Below, in pieces: positions 17,950-28,717 of a stretch of DNA of 64,000 nt (position 1 is its first letter; each line of letters opens with the position of its first letter). The notes beneath the pieces were generated by a model. The model was not told the DNA's origin. It saw nothing but the letters and a program-made list of their open reading frames with translations, and made no database searches. The position numbers and the translations under genes were made by a program. Source of the stretch: Spirulina sp. (GTDB taxonomy: Bacteria > Cyanobacteriota > Cyanobacteriia > Phormidesmidales > Phormidesmidaceae); the NCBI GenBank assembly GCA_044070495.1, contig JBIPSI010000008.1:1-64000 (forward strand). The letters are read 5' to 3'.

Positions 17950-20370
17950 CTAGGGGGGATTGATGAGGGCCTGTTCCGCTTGCCATACGGATTCTAGGGT
18001 AAAGGGTAGGGCAGCGGTTTCCACGGAAATAGAGTGGATCCCCCAGGCAACGAGATTGGCAATCAGTTCGGGGTGACGGACGGGGGCTTGCCCACAGATA
18101 GAGCAGGTGAGGCCGCAGCGGTGGGCCTCCTGGATCAGGTGGGCCATGGCCATTTGGATGACGGGATGGCGCTCATCGTAGGCCGAGGCCAGGATGGGTT
18201 GATCGCGATCCACCGCCAGCAGCAGTTGGGTGAGGTCGTTGGAACCGATGGCGATGCCCTGTACGCCAGCCTGGGCATAGGCGGGCAGCAAAAACAGAAC
18301 CGAGGGCACCTCTGCCATAATCCACAGGGCAAATTGGTCGCAATCCTTCAGTCCGGCCTGCTGGATGTATTGCTGACAGACCAGAACTTCCTCCACCGTT
18401 CGCACGAAGGGTAAAATAAGCTCCAAATTGGTATAACCCGCCCGTTGCAGGGTGGCGAGGGCGGCCAGTTCTGTCTCAAACAGGCGGGCATCGGCGTCGT
18501 AGCTGAGGGTGCCTCGCAGGCCCAGCATGGGGTTGGGTTCTAGGGGCGGGCTGCCCTCCAGGGCTTGCCATTCGTGGGAACGCAGATCGAGACTGCGGTA
18601 GCGCAGGGGTTTGGGGCCAAGGCGCTGAAGGATAGGCTCTAGCTGTTGCACAATCCGGCTTTGCAACTCCGCCCCTCGCCCTTGGTTAACCCAATGCCAG
18701 GGGTGGTGACCTTCCAAAATGTCTAGCAGCAGCCACTCTGACCGCAGCAGACCGACCCCGGCAATGTGATCCACGGGCAGGGTAGCCAGCCGTCGGATTT
18801 GGCTGAGGTTCGCCATCACCTTAGTGCGTAGGTTGGTATAGGACTCTGGGGGCTTGCCCGCTAGGTGGGGCGCGGCAGGGCGCATGGGGGCGGGTATGGG
18901 TGGTATTTGGGCGGCATCTAACCCGTAGACTACGCCTCGGTCGCCATCTAGCCAGAGGGGCGTGGCGTTTTCTAGAATTGCCGTGGCCTGGGGTGCCCCC
19001 ACAATGGCGGGTACCCCAATTTCCCGTGCCAAAATGGCCGCATGGCAAGTCGCTCCGCCCTGCTCGGTTACAATGCCCACCACGGCCCCAAGCTGAAGGA
19101 AGACATCGGGTTGGAGGTCGGGGAGCACCACAATGGCGTTGGGGGGAAGGGGGTGCGGTAACTGCTGGGGTTGGGTGGCCACCACGGCGATACCCTGCAC
19201 CTGTCCGGCGGAGGCTCCAATGCCCTTCACCACCGTACTCACCGAGGGCAGATGGAGACGGTTTGGGGCGCGGTCTTGGCGGATGGCAGGGGCTGTCGTT
19301 GCCGGTGTAGAGGGGGGATCGGGGGGGCGAAAGTAGGGAATAACCTGGGTGATCAAAAACTGTTCGCCCTGATCCGTGGGGCAGAGAATCCACTCTAGGC
19401 CAAGGTCAAAGGCCGGGATGTGGTCGGCAATCCAGGGGTCGGCGATGAGCAGTTGGTAGCTGCGCTGGGCCAGGTCAATTAACTGATGGATCTGATCGTT
19501 GGTCAGGGGGGAAGAGAGGGTTGGATCGTCCCTTTGGGTGATTCGCAGCGGTCGTGGAGGTGTGGTTGCAACCTTAGGCTGTCGTGCTTCGAGTGGCAAT
19601 GCACGGTTCTGAAGCGGATCGTCCCCTAGCCCCAGGCCAACCTGGTACACCTGCTCCTGGAATCCCGGCTGCCAACGTAGGGTATCCGGTTGTGCCAAGT
19701 CCATCTGGCCTTGGGCCGGAATCGCCTCTCCCCGCACTAGGGGGAGACCGATGCCCTGCACGCAGGCCCAGGTAGCCCGCTGCGCCTCTAGCCGTAACGT
19801 TCCCGTCACCAGGGTGGGATGGAGGGTCATCAGCAACGTCGCTAGGGGCAATTGACTGAGGGGACGCCGCTGTTTTCGCCACACCACTAAGTTGCGAACC
19901 GATAGGGCCTCGGCCCAAAACTGCTGAATGGCCTTGGGTAACGACACCAGGGCCGGACTGCCCACCTGCGCAGGCCAAAGCCCTAACCCCAGATCAGACC
20001 GGTGCAATTGCTGGGTTGGGGACACCCCTAGGGAGGCCCGCAGGATCCAGGCGGGGTGGGGCCAGTCTAGCAGGGGAGTGAGCAATGCTGGGGGCAGATC
20101 GGCGGCCATAAAGGCCCGCTGCGCCCGCTGACTGATCATTTGTAGATCCTGTAAGCTGGCCATTTCAAGCCGATCAGGTTGGTCTAGCCAACCCCGGACA
20201 TCGGGGGTATTCAGAGTGCTCAGGGCAGATTGCCAAATCTGCGCCGGAATCACCTGCCCCGCCACCACGGGGAGACGATGTTTCGCCAACAGCCCTAGGG
20301 CGTAGACCTTGTAGCCCATCTGGGGGAGGTCACTGGCGCATACCTGATCTAAATCTTGCAGCCAGGTCAT
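17950..20370 (-). CDS. PEP-utilising enzyme family protein (PEP synthase-like)
   Basis: Mobile phospho-His domain TEQGGATCHAAILARE; C-terminal TIM barrel with GVGLLRSE, EPNPMLGLRG, MAEVPS, IGSNDLTQ, SICGQAP; degenerate N-terminal nucleotide-binding region. Confidence 0.85.
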   Translation of the reverse strand: MTWLQDLDQVCASDLPQMGYKVYALGLLAKHRLPVVAGQVIPAQIWQSALSTLNTPDVRGWLDQPDRLEMASLQDLQMISQRAQRAFMAADLPPALLTPLLDWPHPAWILRASLGVSPTQQLHRSDLGLGLWPAQVGSPALVSLPKAIQQFWAEALSVRNLVVWRKQRRPLSQLPLATLLMTLHPTLVTGTLRLEAQRATWACVQGIGLPLVRGEAIPAQGQMDLAQPDTLRWQPGFQEQVYQVGLGLGDDPLQNRALPLEARQPKVATTPPRPLRITQRDDPTLSSPLTNDQIHQLIDLAQRSYQLLIADPWIADHIPAFDLGLEWILCPTDQGEQFLITQVIPYFRPPDPPSTPATTAPAIRQDRAPNRLHLPSVSTVVKGIGASAGQVQGIAVVATQPQQLPHPLPPNAIVVLPDLQPDVFLQLGAVVGIVTEQGGATCHAAILAREIGVPAIVGAPQATAILENATPLWLDGDRGVVYGLDAAQIPPIPAPMRPAAPHLAGKPPESYTNLRTKVMANLSQIRRLATLPVDHIAGVGLLRSEWLLLDILEGHHPWHWVNQGRGAELQSRIVQQLEPILQRLGPKPLRYRSLDLRSHEWQALEGSPPLEPNPMLGLRGTLSYDADARLFETELAALATLQRAGYTNLELILPFVRTVEEVLVCQQYIQQAGLKDCDQFALWIMAEVPSVLFLLPAYAQAGVQGIAIGSNDLTQLLLAVDRDQPILASAYDERHPVIQMAMAHLIQEAHRCGLTCSICGQAPVRHPELIANLVAWGIHSISVETAALPFTLESVWQAEQALINPP

Positions 20371-20824
20371 GACAGAAGCGGAGGCAAAGCCGAAAATAGG
20401 AAGGTCAATTGTCCGCTTATTATGATTGGCCTAGGAATTAACCTGAGGGATGATGCCGCTAGGCACTGGCCAAGCACACAAGCCGTCAGGGGCAAGACCA
20501 CGATTCCCTATTGTCTCCTAGATCGCGAAGGCCCGATCTGCTACCACCCCTTCACAGATCTAAACCCATCCTAGGAGATCATCAAATTACAGAGTTGTTA
20601 TACCTCTACTGTAAATCGAATTCGTGAGATCTGAGTAGGGTGGATTTGAGTCGGGTCGCTCGGTCAATCTTGGCCTAGCCCTGTCCTAGTCCGAATGGGT
20701 GTCGCATAGATACATAGATTTACGCTCACGCCCTCGCCGACCTTTCCCCACAATGGGAGGGGGGATTGGGGCAACCAAGCCTGATTCCTAAGCGATCAAG
20801 TAACCACACAGGGAGCATAGGGCG

Positions 20825-21541
20825 ATGGGCATCGGTTTGCATCAATCACGGGGCTGGCGGCGCAGGGCTGAGTCCCTGTTAGGGTTATTTTTGACGGGGG
20901 ACTGTCCCTTGTGTGAACGATCCACCGCCCAGGCCATCTGCCCCGCCTGCGAACGTCAGGTACGCCAAAGCCAGCTTACCGATCCCCTCGACCCCAGCCG
21001 CCCAGGGCTGCCGGTGCTGAGCTGGGGCCACTACGACGACAGCCTCCGCCAAGCGATTCGCCACCTCAAATACAGCGGCCACCCCGAACTGGCGATCTGG
21101 CTAGGCCTAGAACTGGGGCAAACCTGGCAGCATCACCAGCGCACGAAATCGGCCAAAGCCCCACGTCCCTTTGTTTTCGTACCGATTCCCCTCCATGCCA
21201 GCAAGCTCAAACAGCGCGGCTTTAACCAAGCCGAACGCTTAGCCCAGGGAATGGGCCGGGCGGTACAGGTTCCCGTGGTGGGGGCAGGTTTGGTGCGGGT
21301 GCAGGCCACCCAAGCCCAACACAGCCTGAGCCGAGCCGAGCGGCAGGCTAACCTTGCCCAGGCCTTTCAGGCCAATCCCAGCCATCTTCCATCCCTGCGC
21401 CAGAAAACCGTTTGGCTCGTAGACGACATTTTCACCACCGGAGCCACCGCCCACGCCGCCGCCATCACCCTCCGGCAAAGCGGCATTTCCGTCGCAGGCA
21501 TCTGCACCGTAGCCCGTGCGGAGAGGCTAGATTATCCCTAG
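20825..21541 (+). CDS. comF: ComF family protein (double Zn ribbon + PRTase)
   Basis: CPLC...CPAC, VPIPLH..KL.QRGFNQA, LVDDIFTTGAT. Confidence 0.9.
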   Translation: MGIGLHQSRGWRRRAESLLGLFLTGDCPLCERSTAQAICPACERQVRQSQLTDPLDPSRPGLPVLSWGHYDDSLRQAIRHLKYSGHPELAIWLGLELGQTWQHHQRTKSAKAPRPFVFVPIPLHASKLKQRGFNQAERLAQGMGRAVQVPVVGAGLVRVQATQAQHSLSRAERQANLAQAFQANPSHLPSLRQKTVWLVDDIFTTGATAHAAAITLRQSGISVAGICTVARAERLDYP

Positions 21542-23145
21542 AGCGTGCGGGTTTCGAGGGGCAGAAAAACCGTGAGCACTTCTCCGGCTTGGGGGCGTTG
21601 GCGCACGATCAGTTTGCCACCGAGGGACTGGAACAGATTTTTGGTGGCATGGAGGTTGAGGCTGAGGCCGCCGGTTTCGGGCTGGAAAATCAGCAGTTGC
21701 CCCAGGGCTTTGAAGGGGGAAGACAGCAGCGTATCGGCATCTGGCCCCTCGGCGTCGGGGTCGGCTTCAGGGGGCTGCGACTGAAACTGAAGCTTGAGTT
21801 GATGGCCCGCCAGGGTAACGGCCAGTTCGATGTGGCTGTAGGGGGGCAGACTGTGGGTAAAGCGGTCGATCAGGCCCGTCAGCACTTGGTTCAGCATGGT
21901 GGGGTCGCTGTTGACCAGGGGCAGTTGGGGGGGCAGGGTCACCGTTAGGGTATGGTTGCGGCGGCTGGCCTGCTGCTGCCAGAGGGGAATTGCCTCCTGG
22001 AAAAGTTGGTCGAGGGGAAAGGCGGACAGGGGCGACTTGGGCTGTTGGTGGGCCTCGGTTTCCAGTTCCACGGCTCGAAAAATCAGGTTGAAGCGATCAA
22101 TCTGCTGGGTACATTCCCGGTCGATGGATCGCAGCCGCTTGGCCACCTCATCGGTGACATCCTTGCGCTTCAGGAGGGATCGGGTGAGGGTGCGAATGGT
22201 GGTAAGGGGGGTGCGAATTTCGTGGGCCATGGCCTGGAGCAGTTCCGTATCGCTGCCCATTTCTGGCGCTGGATCGGATGGGGGGGAAGGTTCGGTGGGG
22301 GGGGCTGGCCCTAGCAGGGTAGCGGGCAGGGTAGCCACGGCCCCCTCTCGGTGCAGGAACCCGTTGCGGGGCGTGGTTTCGATGGCGGCAAAGGCGACCG
22401 GATTGGGGGGCTTGGACTGAACGCGCAGCCGTTGCAACAATAGGTGGCTGTACTGGGTAACCAGGCGATAGTCGGGGGCAACCGGGGGGAATTGCGCCAC
22501 CAGGGAATCCATCGTGGCCAGCAGGGCAGGACGTACCTGGGCAATGCGCTGTCGCAACTGCTGCCAGGTTTCATCGGCTAGGGCAGGGTCAAAGGAAAAA
22601 CGAAAACAGGGCTGGCCGCCTACGCCATCCCCCAACACCAGCACCAGGCTAAAGTCGGCGGTGAGCAGCAAACAAAAGCGCTCCTGGGCCAGGGGATCTT
22701 CAGGGGCCAGGGGCACCATGGGCAGTGGACTGGTCATCCCCTCTACCCGGCTCCGCCGCTGTCCGGGCAATTGGGGACGGGCCACGGCCAAAATGCGCTC
22801 TAGGGGTTCCGGCACCATCAGCCAATGGTGCAACCGCTGCCCCCCCAGGCCATCCGGCAGTACCGGAAACGGGCCGGAAACCACCACCCCTAACGACGGA
22901 TCCTCTGCCCCAGCCTTGAGAGGCGTGATGGGCGCGGGATAGGGCACCAACAGTTGAGCCAGCGCCGCAATGCCCCCCAACCATTCCTGCTCCGCCTGGA
23001 GCCGAGCCTGGGCCTGGGCCTCTAGAGAAACGACGGCTCCCATCCGCTGATCGGGTTTAGCCCTTGCGCCATCCGCCCCGGCCACCACGGGAGATGGCCA
23101 TTGACTAACAAGTTGGCTGAGGGAAACGAGGGGAGGGTGTACCAA
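21538..23145 (-). CDS. Sensor histidine kinase, Hik2/CSK-like
   Basis: DPL..ERFCL.LT.DFSLVL GAF-like region, ELLQAMAHEIRTPLTTIRTLTR, IDRECT.QIDRF.LIF, FQPETG.LSLNL..TKNLF. Confidence 0.85.
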   Translation of the reverse strand: MVHPPLVSLSQLVSQWPSPVVAGADGARAKPDQRMGAVVSLEAQAQARLQAEQEWLGGIAALAQLLVPYPAPITPLKAGAEDPSLGVVVSGPFPVLPDGLGGQRLHHWLMVPEPLERILAVARPQLPGQRRSRVEGMTSPLPMVPLAPEDPLAQERFCLLLTADFSLVLVLGDGVGGQPCFRFSFDPALADETWQQLRQRIAQVRPALLATMDSLVAQFPPVAPDYRLVTQYSHLLLQRLRVQSKPPNPVAFAAIETTPRNGFLHREGAVATLPATLLGPAPPTEPSPPSDPAPEMGSDTELLQAMAHEIRTPLTTIRTLTRSLLKRKDVTDEVAKRLRSIDRECTQQIDRFNLIFRAVELETEAHQQPKSPLSAFPLDQLFQEAIPLWQQQASRRNHTLTVTLPPQLPLVNSDPTMLNQVLTGLIDRFTHSLPPYSHIELAVTLAGHQLKLQFQSQPPEADPDAEGPDADTLLSSPFKALGQLLIFQPETGGLSLNLHATKNLFQSLGGKLIVRQRPQAGEVLTVFLPLETRTL

Positions 23146-23280
23146 AATAAAGACCTGACTCGCAACGGGGACACGGGGCTACCTTGCCCCAGCCATCCTT
23201 AATCCGAAGGGGCTATTGCGAGATTACGGCCTTCACCTACATTTGGCTATGGGTAGAACCGAACCCATAGGCCGAACCCC

Positions 23281-23670
23281 TTAGCCGAACCAGTCTGAAA
23301 CTAAGGCAGGCTCCTGGGTACGGCGATAGTTTGGGCTGATCCTTGCCGCCAATTCATCCTCCCCGGAGGACGGAATTGGGGATGCCCCATCCTCGATCAG
23401 CGTCTGTAGGCCCTGCTGAATGAGGCGATCAATCTGTCGATGTTGATCGTAGGAATAACACTGGGACGGGGTGCCCATGCGCCGAATTGAATGTTGGTCG
23501 AGGGTGACATACATGACGGGCAGACGTCGCAGGACGTAGGATGTCAGGCGCTGCCGGAGATCCATTCCATTCGCCACCTGCCAACGGTTCTCAGGGGCGG
23601 CATTCTTTAAGACCGATTCAATTTTGGCCACGACAATGGGCAAGGTCAAATTGACAATGACTTGGGACAT
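23281..23670 (-). CDS. Conserved cyanobacterial hypothetical protein, possibly ComFB-like
   Basis: VNLTLP.V...IE.VL and LRQ.L..YVL.RLP..Y pattern recalls the ComFB motif. Confidence 0.6.
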   Translation of the reverse strand: MSQVIVNLTLPIVVAKIESVLKNAAPENRWQVANGMDLRQRLTSYVLRRLPVMYVTLDQHSIRRMGTPSQCYSYDQHRQIDRLIQQGLQTLIEDGASPIPSSGEDELAARISPNYRRTQEPALVSDWFG

Positions 23671-24055
23671 AGCGATAACTCCGTGAAGCGTCTAAACTAC
23701 GACAGACGGATAAGGATAAGCCTAGGCAAAAGCGATGAATCGACCATGGACGATTGATAAAGTCGCCATGATTAACGGCGTGGATATCCGGCAAGAGTGC
23801 ATTAATCCAAGTCGCTAATCATGGATCAATGGGTCTATAAGAATGAAAAACAGAGCAGGGATCAAGGCATTCAACGGAATAGCAGGGTTATCTCTATAAT
23901 GCGGACACCGAGGAGGAATCTATCTATGTTTTAAAGAAACAATATTTTCTCTCCCAGAAAACAGAGCACCTGATCAAAAACGATGTATTTCTCAATGCTT
24001 TTTAATCGACCCTACAGAGTCTGCTCCGACATCAAGTTACATGGCTTAACCTGCT

Positions 24056-24790
24056 ATGGATAAAGTCATTATCGGCATCTGTGGCGGCTTCCATGCTCCC
24101 CAAGCCACCGAGGGCATTTTCGACCTCTGGGCTAAGGATCCCATGCTTAGGGCTATCCCTGCCATGGTGCTAGGAAGGGATGGGGGTTGGGCTCCGCTGT
24201 CGGCCCATGCCCTGCGCCGGTCCTTGGATCAAGCGATTCATCCAGCCATGAATCTAGCCCCTCCATCGACCTACTCCCCCCCGCGCCGTTCCCCCTCGAC
24301 CGATGCCGCCCGAACGTCACGGAACAATGCCCTGGGCCAGGGGGGGAGAGATCCACGGACGTCCACCCCAACCGCCGGAGAAGGTCAGGTAGACCTAATT
24401 CTGTGGGCCTTTAGTGCGGGTTGCGTGGGGGCGGTGGCCCTAGCCCATCACTGGCACCGTTATCGCGGCAACGTGCGGGCGCTGTTTTTGGTGGATGGCT
24501 GGGGCGTTCCGTGGCACGGGGTGGCCCCACTGCACCGGATTAGCCACGATGGGTTCACCCACCACAGCAGTCGTTGGCTGGGAGCGGGACGGGCGGATTT
24601 TGTGGCCCAGCCAGCGGTCCCTCACCTTCAGCTTTGGCGCAGCCCACAGACGGTGATGGGACTGGGGCAACGGCCCCCCCTTGCCGCCACCGTGGCCTCT
24701 AGCCAGCCCTGGAGCGCGGCGGATTTTCTCATTCAGTGGACGCAGTTCTATGCACTGCCACCCTTGGCCCCGGCCAGAACGCTTGACTAG
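24056..24790 (+). CDS. Hypothetical protein (alpha/beta-hydrolase-like fold possible)
   Basis: ICGGFH, AFSAG.VGA, VDGWGVP, HR.SHD.FTH..S, H.QLWRSP. Confidence 0.7.
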   Translation: MDKVIIGICGGFHAPQATEGIFDLWAKDPMLRAIPAMVLGRDGGWAPLSAHALRRSLDQAIHPAMNLAPPSTYSPPRRSPSTDAARTSRNNALGQGGRDPRTSTPTAGEGQVDLILWAFSAGCVGAVALAHHWHRYRGNVRALFLVDGWGVPWHGVAPLHRISHDGFTHHSSRWLGAGRADFVAQPAVPHLQLWRSPQTVMGLGQRPPLAATVASSQPWSAADFLIQWTQFYALPPLAPARTLD

Positions 24791-25067
24791 CCCCCGGCAT
24801 CCCCCTGAACAAGGAGCCTTTGAGGTAAATTTTCCATGGCTAAGGGGCCGGGAGGAGGCCGGACGTTTTTTGAGGGGATGAACACTATATGTAGATCCGT
24901 AACCCCTTTCCGAGCGTATATCTAGTACTCTAGAGATCCAGAAATTTCCTCCGTTCGGCCCGTCACGTTAGGTTGTTTGCCCTTAACCCTTGAAACGACA
25001 AGCGTTAGGCCGAATGCCCTTGGTGATTTGGCCGTCTTGAGGGAATCGCACCGTCACGAGGTACGCC

Positions 25068-26483
25068 GTGGATCAGGCCCTAAATCGGCTGTGGGAACAA
25101 GTGCTAGAGCAGCTTCAGCAGCAGCTTAGCCCCCCCACCTACGAAACCTGGATTAAGCCCACCCAGGCGCAGATGCTGGGTGAGAGTACCTTGGTGATCT
25201 CAACGCCCAACCCCTTTGCCCGTAACTGGGTACAAAAGCATTACTTACCCAGCATTGCCCAGGTCGTAGAGCAAGTGGTGGGGCGTTCCTTAGAGATTCA
25301 GGTGGTGGTGGCCCAGGAGGGAGAGACCGTGCTGGAGGTAGCCCCTGCCTCGGCAGGCAACGCGGCTGGCCAATCAGGTGGGGCATCCCCCTGGCTGACG
25401 CCTACAGTCCCTCCGCGCCCCCCCGCTCCAGAATCATCGAACCCCAACCGAGCTGCCTACAACGATCTCAACCCCAAGGCGGTGTTTGATCGCTTCGTGG
25501 TGGGGGCCAACAACCGCATGGCCCATGCCGCCGCCCTCGCTGTGGCGGAAGCGCCCGGACGGGAATTTAACCCGCTGTTTCTCTGTGGTCGGGTGGGGCT
25601 AGGCAAAACCCACCTGATGCAGGCCATTGGCCACTACCGCCAAGACATTGACCCCCGCGCCAAGGTGGCCTACGTCTCCACCGAACAGTTCACGAACGAC
25701 CTGATTGCCGCCATCCGCAAAGACAGTATGCAGCACTTCCGCTCCCACTACCGGGATGTGGATATTCTGCTGGTAGACGATATTCAGTTCATTGAGGGCA
25801 AGGAATACACCCAGGAGGAGTTTTTCCACACCTTCAACACCCTCCATGAAGCAGGCAAGCAAATTGTGCTGGCGGCGGATCGGCCCCCCCACCAAATTGT
25901 GCGGCTGCAAGAACGGTTGATTTCCCGCTTTTCCATGGGGTTAATTGCCGATATCCAGCCCCCCGACTTTGAAACGCGGGTGGCGATTTTGCAGAAAAAA
26001 GCCGAGTACGAACAGGTGAATCTGCCCCGCGAGGCCATCGAATACATCGCCTCCAGCTACACCTCCAACATTCGCGAACTGGAGGGGGCGCTGATTCGGG
26101 CCATTGCCTACACCTCCATCTCCGGCCTACCGATGACCGTGGAACACCTCACCGCCGTCCTCAACCCACCCACGGAGCAAATGGAAGCCTCGCCCCAGGT
26201 GGTGATGTCCACCGTAGCAGAACACTTTAATGTGTCCATCGAAGACCTCAAGGGTTCTTCGCGGCGGCGGGAAATTAGCCAAGCCCGCCAGATGGGTATG
26301 TACCTGATGCGCCAACACACCGACCTCAGCCTGCCCAAAATTGGCGACGAGTTTGGCGGCAAAGACCACACCACGGTGCTCTATAGCTGCACCAAGGTAG
26401 AAAGCCTGCTCAAACGCGACCTAGATCTCGCCCAAACCGTGCGCCAACTCAGCGACCGCATCCACATAGCAGGCCGGGGTTGA
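25068..26483 (+). CDS. dnaA: Chromosomal replication initiator DnaA
   Basis: [72 protein letters not shown]. Confidence 0.97.
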   Translation: MDQALNRLWEQVLEQLQQQLSPPTYETWIKPTQAQMLGESTLVISTPNPFARNWVQKHYLPSIAQVVEQVVGRSLEIQVVVAQEGETVLEVAPASAGNAAGQSGGASPWLTPTVPPRPPAPESSNPNRAAYNDLNPKAVFDRFVVGANNRMAHAAALAVAEAPGREFNPLFLCGRVGLGKTHLMQAIGHYRQDIDPRAKVAYVSTEQFTNDLIAAIRKDSMQHFRSHYRDVDILLVDDIQFIEGKEYTQEEFFHTFNTLHEAGKQIVLAADRPPHQIVRLQERLISRFSMGLIADIQPPDFETRVAILQKKAEYEQVNLPREAIEYIASSYTSNIRELEGALIRAIAYTSISGLPMTVEHLTAVLNPPTEQMEASPQVVMSTVAEHFNVSIEDLKGSSRRREISQARQMGMYLMRQHTDLSLPKIGDEFGGKDHTTVLYSCTKVESLLKRDLDLAQTVRQLSDRIHIAGRG

Positions 26484-26618
26484 TCCCCAGTGCATTCAAT
26501 TCTCGTAGGGTGCCTTCGCGGCACCGTCATCCTGGCAAACCTACGCTAAATCTCCTTGGCCGCAATGCACTCCCTCGGCACACCCATTGATCCTCATGGC
26601 AGGACGATTTAGGGATAG

Positions 26619-28370
26619 CTAGGCTTCCCCTACTTGGGCAACGGGGCGAATGGTGCGGTAGCGGTCGTCGCGGATGCGATCTAGGACGGCCTGGATGTCG
26701 AAGGGGGGTTCACCGAGGGTATTGAGCAGGTGGGAACCCAGTTCTAGGGCGGCTTCAAATTCGGGCTGTACCACTTCCCGCGCCCCCAACTGGGTGAGTA
26801 CGTCAATTTCCTCGTTGGTGTGGGAGCGGGCAATCACGTCGAGGTCGGGCACCCGCGCCAGGGCACGCTGGAGCACTAGGCGGGTGGTGGCGGGGTCGGG
26901 CAGGGTGATGGCCAGGGCCTTGGCGGTGTTAAGGCGGGTTTTTTCGAGCACTAGTTCGTTGTCGGCGTCGCCGTAGACGAAGGGGATAGGCACCAGGGGC
27001 ACATGGCGATTGCGGAGGCGCTGCACGGCGGTTTCGCTGTTTTCCACCACCAGCACCGAGTAGCCCCGGCTGAGCAGCACATTCACCAGCACTTCCCCCA
27101 CCCGGCCATAGCCCGCCACAATCACATGGTCGCGCAGGTCGGCGGGTACCGACAGCAGTTTGGGTTCCTCGGCCCGGTTGAGGATGTCCTTCAGCCAGGG
27201 CAAACGGTGCAGACCATCCACCACGCGGGGAGCGAGGGCAATCCAGAGGGGCGTGAGCATGAGGGAAATGGCGATGGTGCCCAGCAGCAGGGTGTAGCGG
27301 TTTTCGGTAATCAGGCCCATTTCTAGGCCACCGAGGGCGAGGACGAAGGAAAATTCCCCGATTTGGTTCAGCCCAAAGCTGGTTTTAACGGCGGTATTGA
27401 GGGAGTAGCCGAAGCCGAGGACGATGGGCAAGATCACCAGCGCCTTACCCACCATAATCAGCGCCACCAGTTCCAAAATCGTGCTGAGGTTGTTGAGGAT
27501 GAGGGTGGGGTCGATCAACATGCCGATGGAGGCAAAGAACAGGCAGGCAAAGGTGTCGCGCAGGGGCAGAATTTTGCCGAGGGCTTGGTCGGCGTAGTCA
27601 ATTTCGGAGATCATTAGCCCCGCCACAAAGGCACCCATGGCAATCGATAGGCCCAGCTTGGATGTCACCCAGGCCACCCCCAAACAGAGGGCCACCACCG
27701 TCAGCAAAAACAGTTCGCTGCTTTCGGTGGCGGCGATGTGCTGAATCAATCGAGGCACCACCCAGCGGCCTAGGGCAATGGCTCCGGCCAGGAAGCCCAA
27801 AATTTTCAGCAGGGCCAATCCCAGGGCCAACCCCACCGCATCGGGCTGATTCAGTACGGGCAGCAGAGCCAGCATTAACCCTAGTGCCAAATCCTGGGCA
27901 ATCAACAGTCCCAGCATCACCTGACCATGGACAGTACTGGTTTCGCCCCGTTCGGTGAGGGTTTTGAGCACCACCGCCGTAGAAGACAGGGACAACACCA
28001 AGCCCAAAAAGATCCCCTGCAAGGGTGTACGGGCCGACCCTGATAACAACGACACCGAGGCCACCAGCAGCGTTGTTAACCCAATTTGCAGCACACTGCC
28101 CTGGAGGGCAATGGCCCGGACGCGTTTGAGTTCCGTCAGGGAAAATTCTACCCCCAGGGCAAACAGCAAGAAGGCGATCCCCACTTCAGCAAGGGCCTGG
28201 ATTTGTTCCACATCGGTTTGCAGCCCAAAGCCGTAGGGGCCGATGATCAACCCCGTTAGCAGATAGCCCAACAGAGCGGGTTGCTTGAGGCGATGGGCAA
28301 TGTAGCCCCCCATGGCCGAGGTGCCCAGGGCCAGCGTGAGATCTAAGACAAAATTCGGTTCGGCGGTCAT
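26619..28370 (-). CDS. CPA2 cation:proton antiporter with TrkA-N domain
   Basis: Multi-TM with LAE.G..FLLFALG.EFSL, LSSTAVV, QDLA; VIVAGYGRVG TrkA-N; real start ATG 28370, since the longer ORF start is translated tandem repeat. Confidence 0.92.
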   Translation of the reverse strand: MTAEPNFVLDLTLALGTSAMGGYIAHRLKQPALLGYLLTGLIIGPYGFGLQTDVEQIQALAEVGIAFLLFALGVEFSLTELKRVRAIALQGSVLQIGLTTLLVASVSLLSGSARTPLQGIFLGLVLSLSSTAVVLKTLTERGETSTVHGQVMLGLLIAQDLALGLMLALLPVLNQPDAVGLALGLALLKILGFLAGAIALGRWVVPRLIQHIAATESSELFLLTVVALCLGVAWVTSKLGLSIAMGAFVAGLMISEIDYADQALGKILPLRDTFACLFFASIGMLIDPTLILNNLSTILELVALIMVGKALVILPIVLGFGYSLNTAVKTSFGLNQIGEFSFVLALGGLEMGLITENRYTLLLGTIAISLMLTPLWIALAPRVVDGLHRLPWLKDILNRAEEPKLLSVPADLRDHVIVAGYGRVGEVLVNVLLSRGYSVLVVENSETAVQRLRNRHVPLVPIPFVYGDADNELVLEKTRLNTAKALAITLPDPATTRLVLQRALARVPDLDVIARSHTNEEIDVLTQLGAREVVQPEFEAALELGSHLLNTLGEPPFDIQAVLDRIRDDRYRTIRPVAQVGEA

Positions 28371-28380
28371 AGGGGGATTG

Positions 28381-28490
28381 GGGGACGGGGGGACGGGGGG
28401 ACGGGGGGACGGGGGGACGGGGAGACGGGGAGACGGGGAGACGGGGAGACGGGGGGACGGGGAGATGGGGGGACGGAGAGATGGGGGGAC
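28381..28490. repeat. Tandem octamer repeat (GGGGACGG/GGAGACGG/GGAGATGG)n, STRR-like
   Basis: About 13-14 consecutive G-rich 8-mers directly upstream of the antiporter, ending at a family B REP (28491-28513). Confidence 0.9.
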
Positions 28491-28717
28491 GTAGGGGTGA
28501 GGTCTCCTCACCCACTAATGCCGGGGGGAAGCGGGCCGGATTGGGTATTGAGGAGCGTTCTCTCTAGAGCGTTTTCTCGAAATGGGTTCCCCTAAATTAT
28601 GACGTTTTGTAGCAATGGAAACCAGAATGGTTAGCTCGGCTGGAGCACCTGAAAAATCTTGTTCTCAACCTAAAATCAGTCGATATGATTTGGGCGTAGC
28701 TGCCTTGTCCTGCCCCC

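Noticed and set aside
24790..26620. oriC next to dnaA
   Set aside because: No cluster of DnaA boxes (TTATCCACA/TTTTCCACA) seen in either flank, and dnaN is not adjacent
28371..28515. Pro-rich N-terminal extension of the antiporter and overlapping small ORFs
   Set aside because: These are translations of the octamer tandem repeat; the real start is ATG 28370
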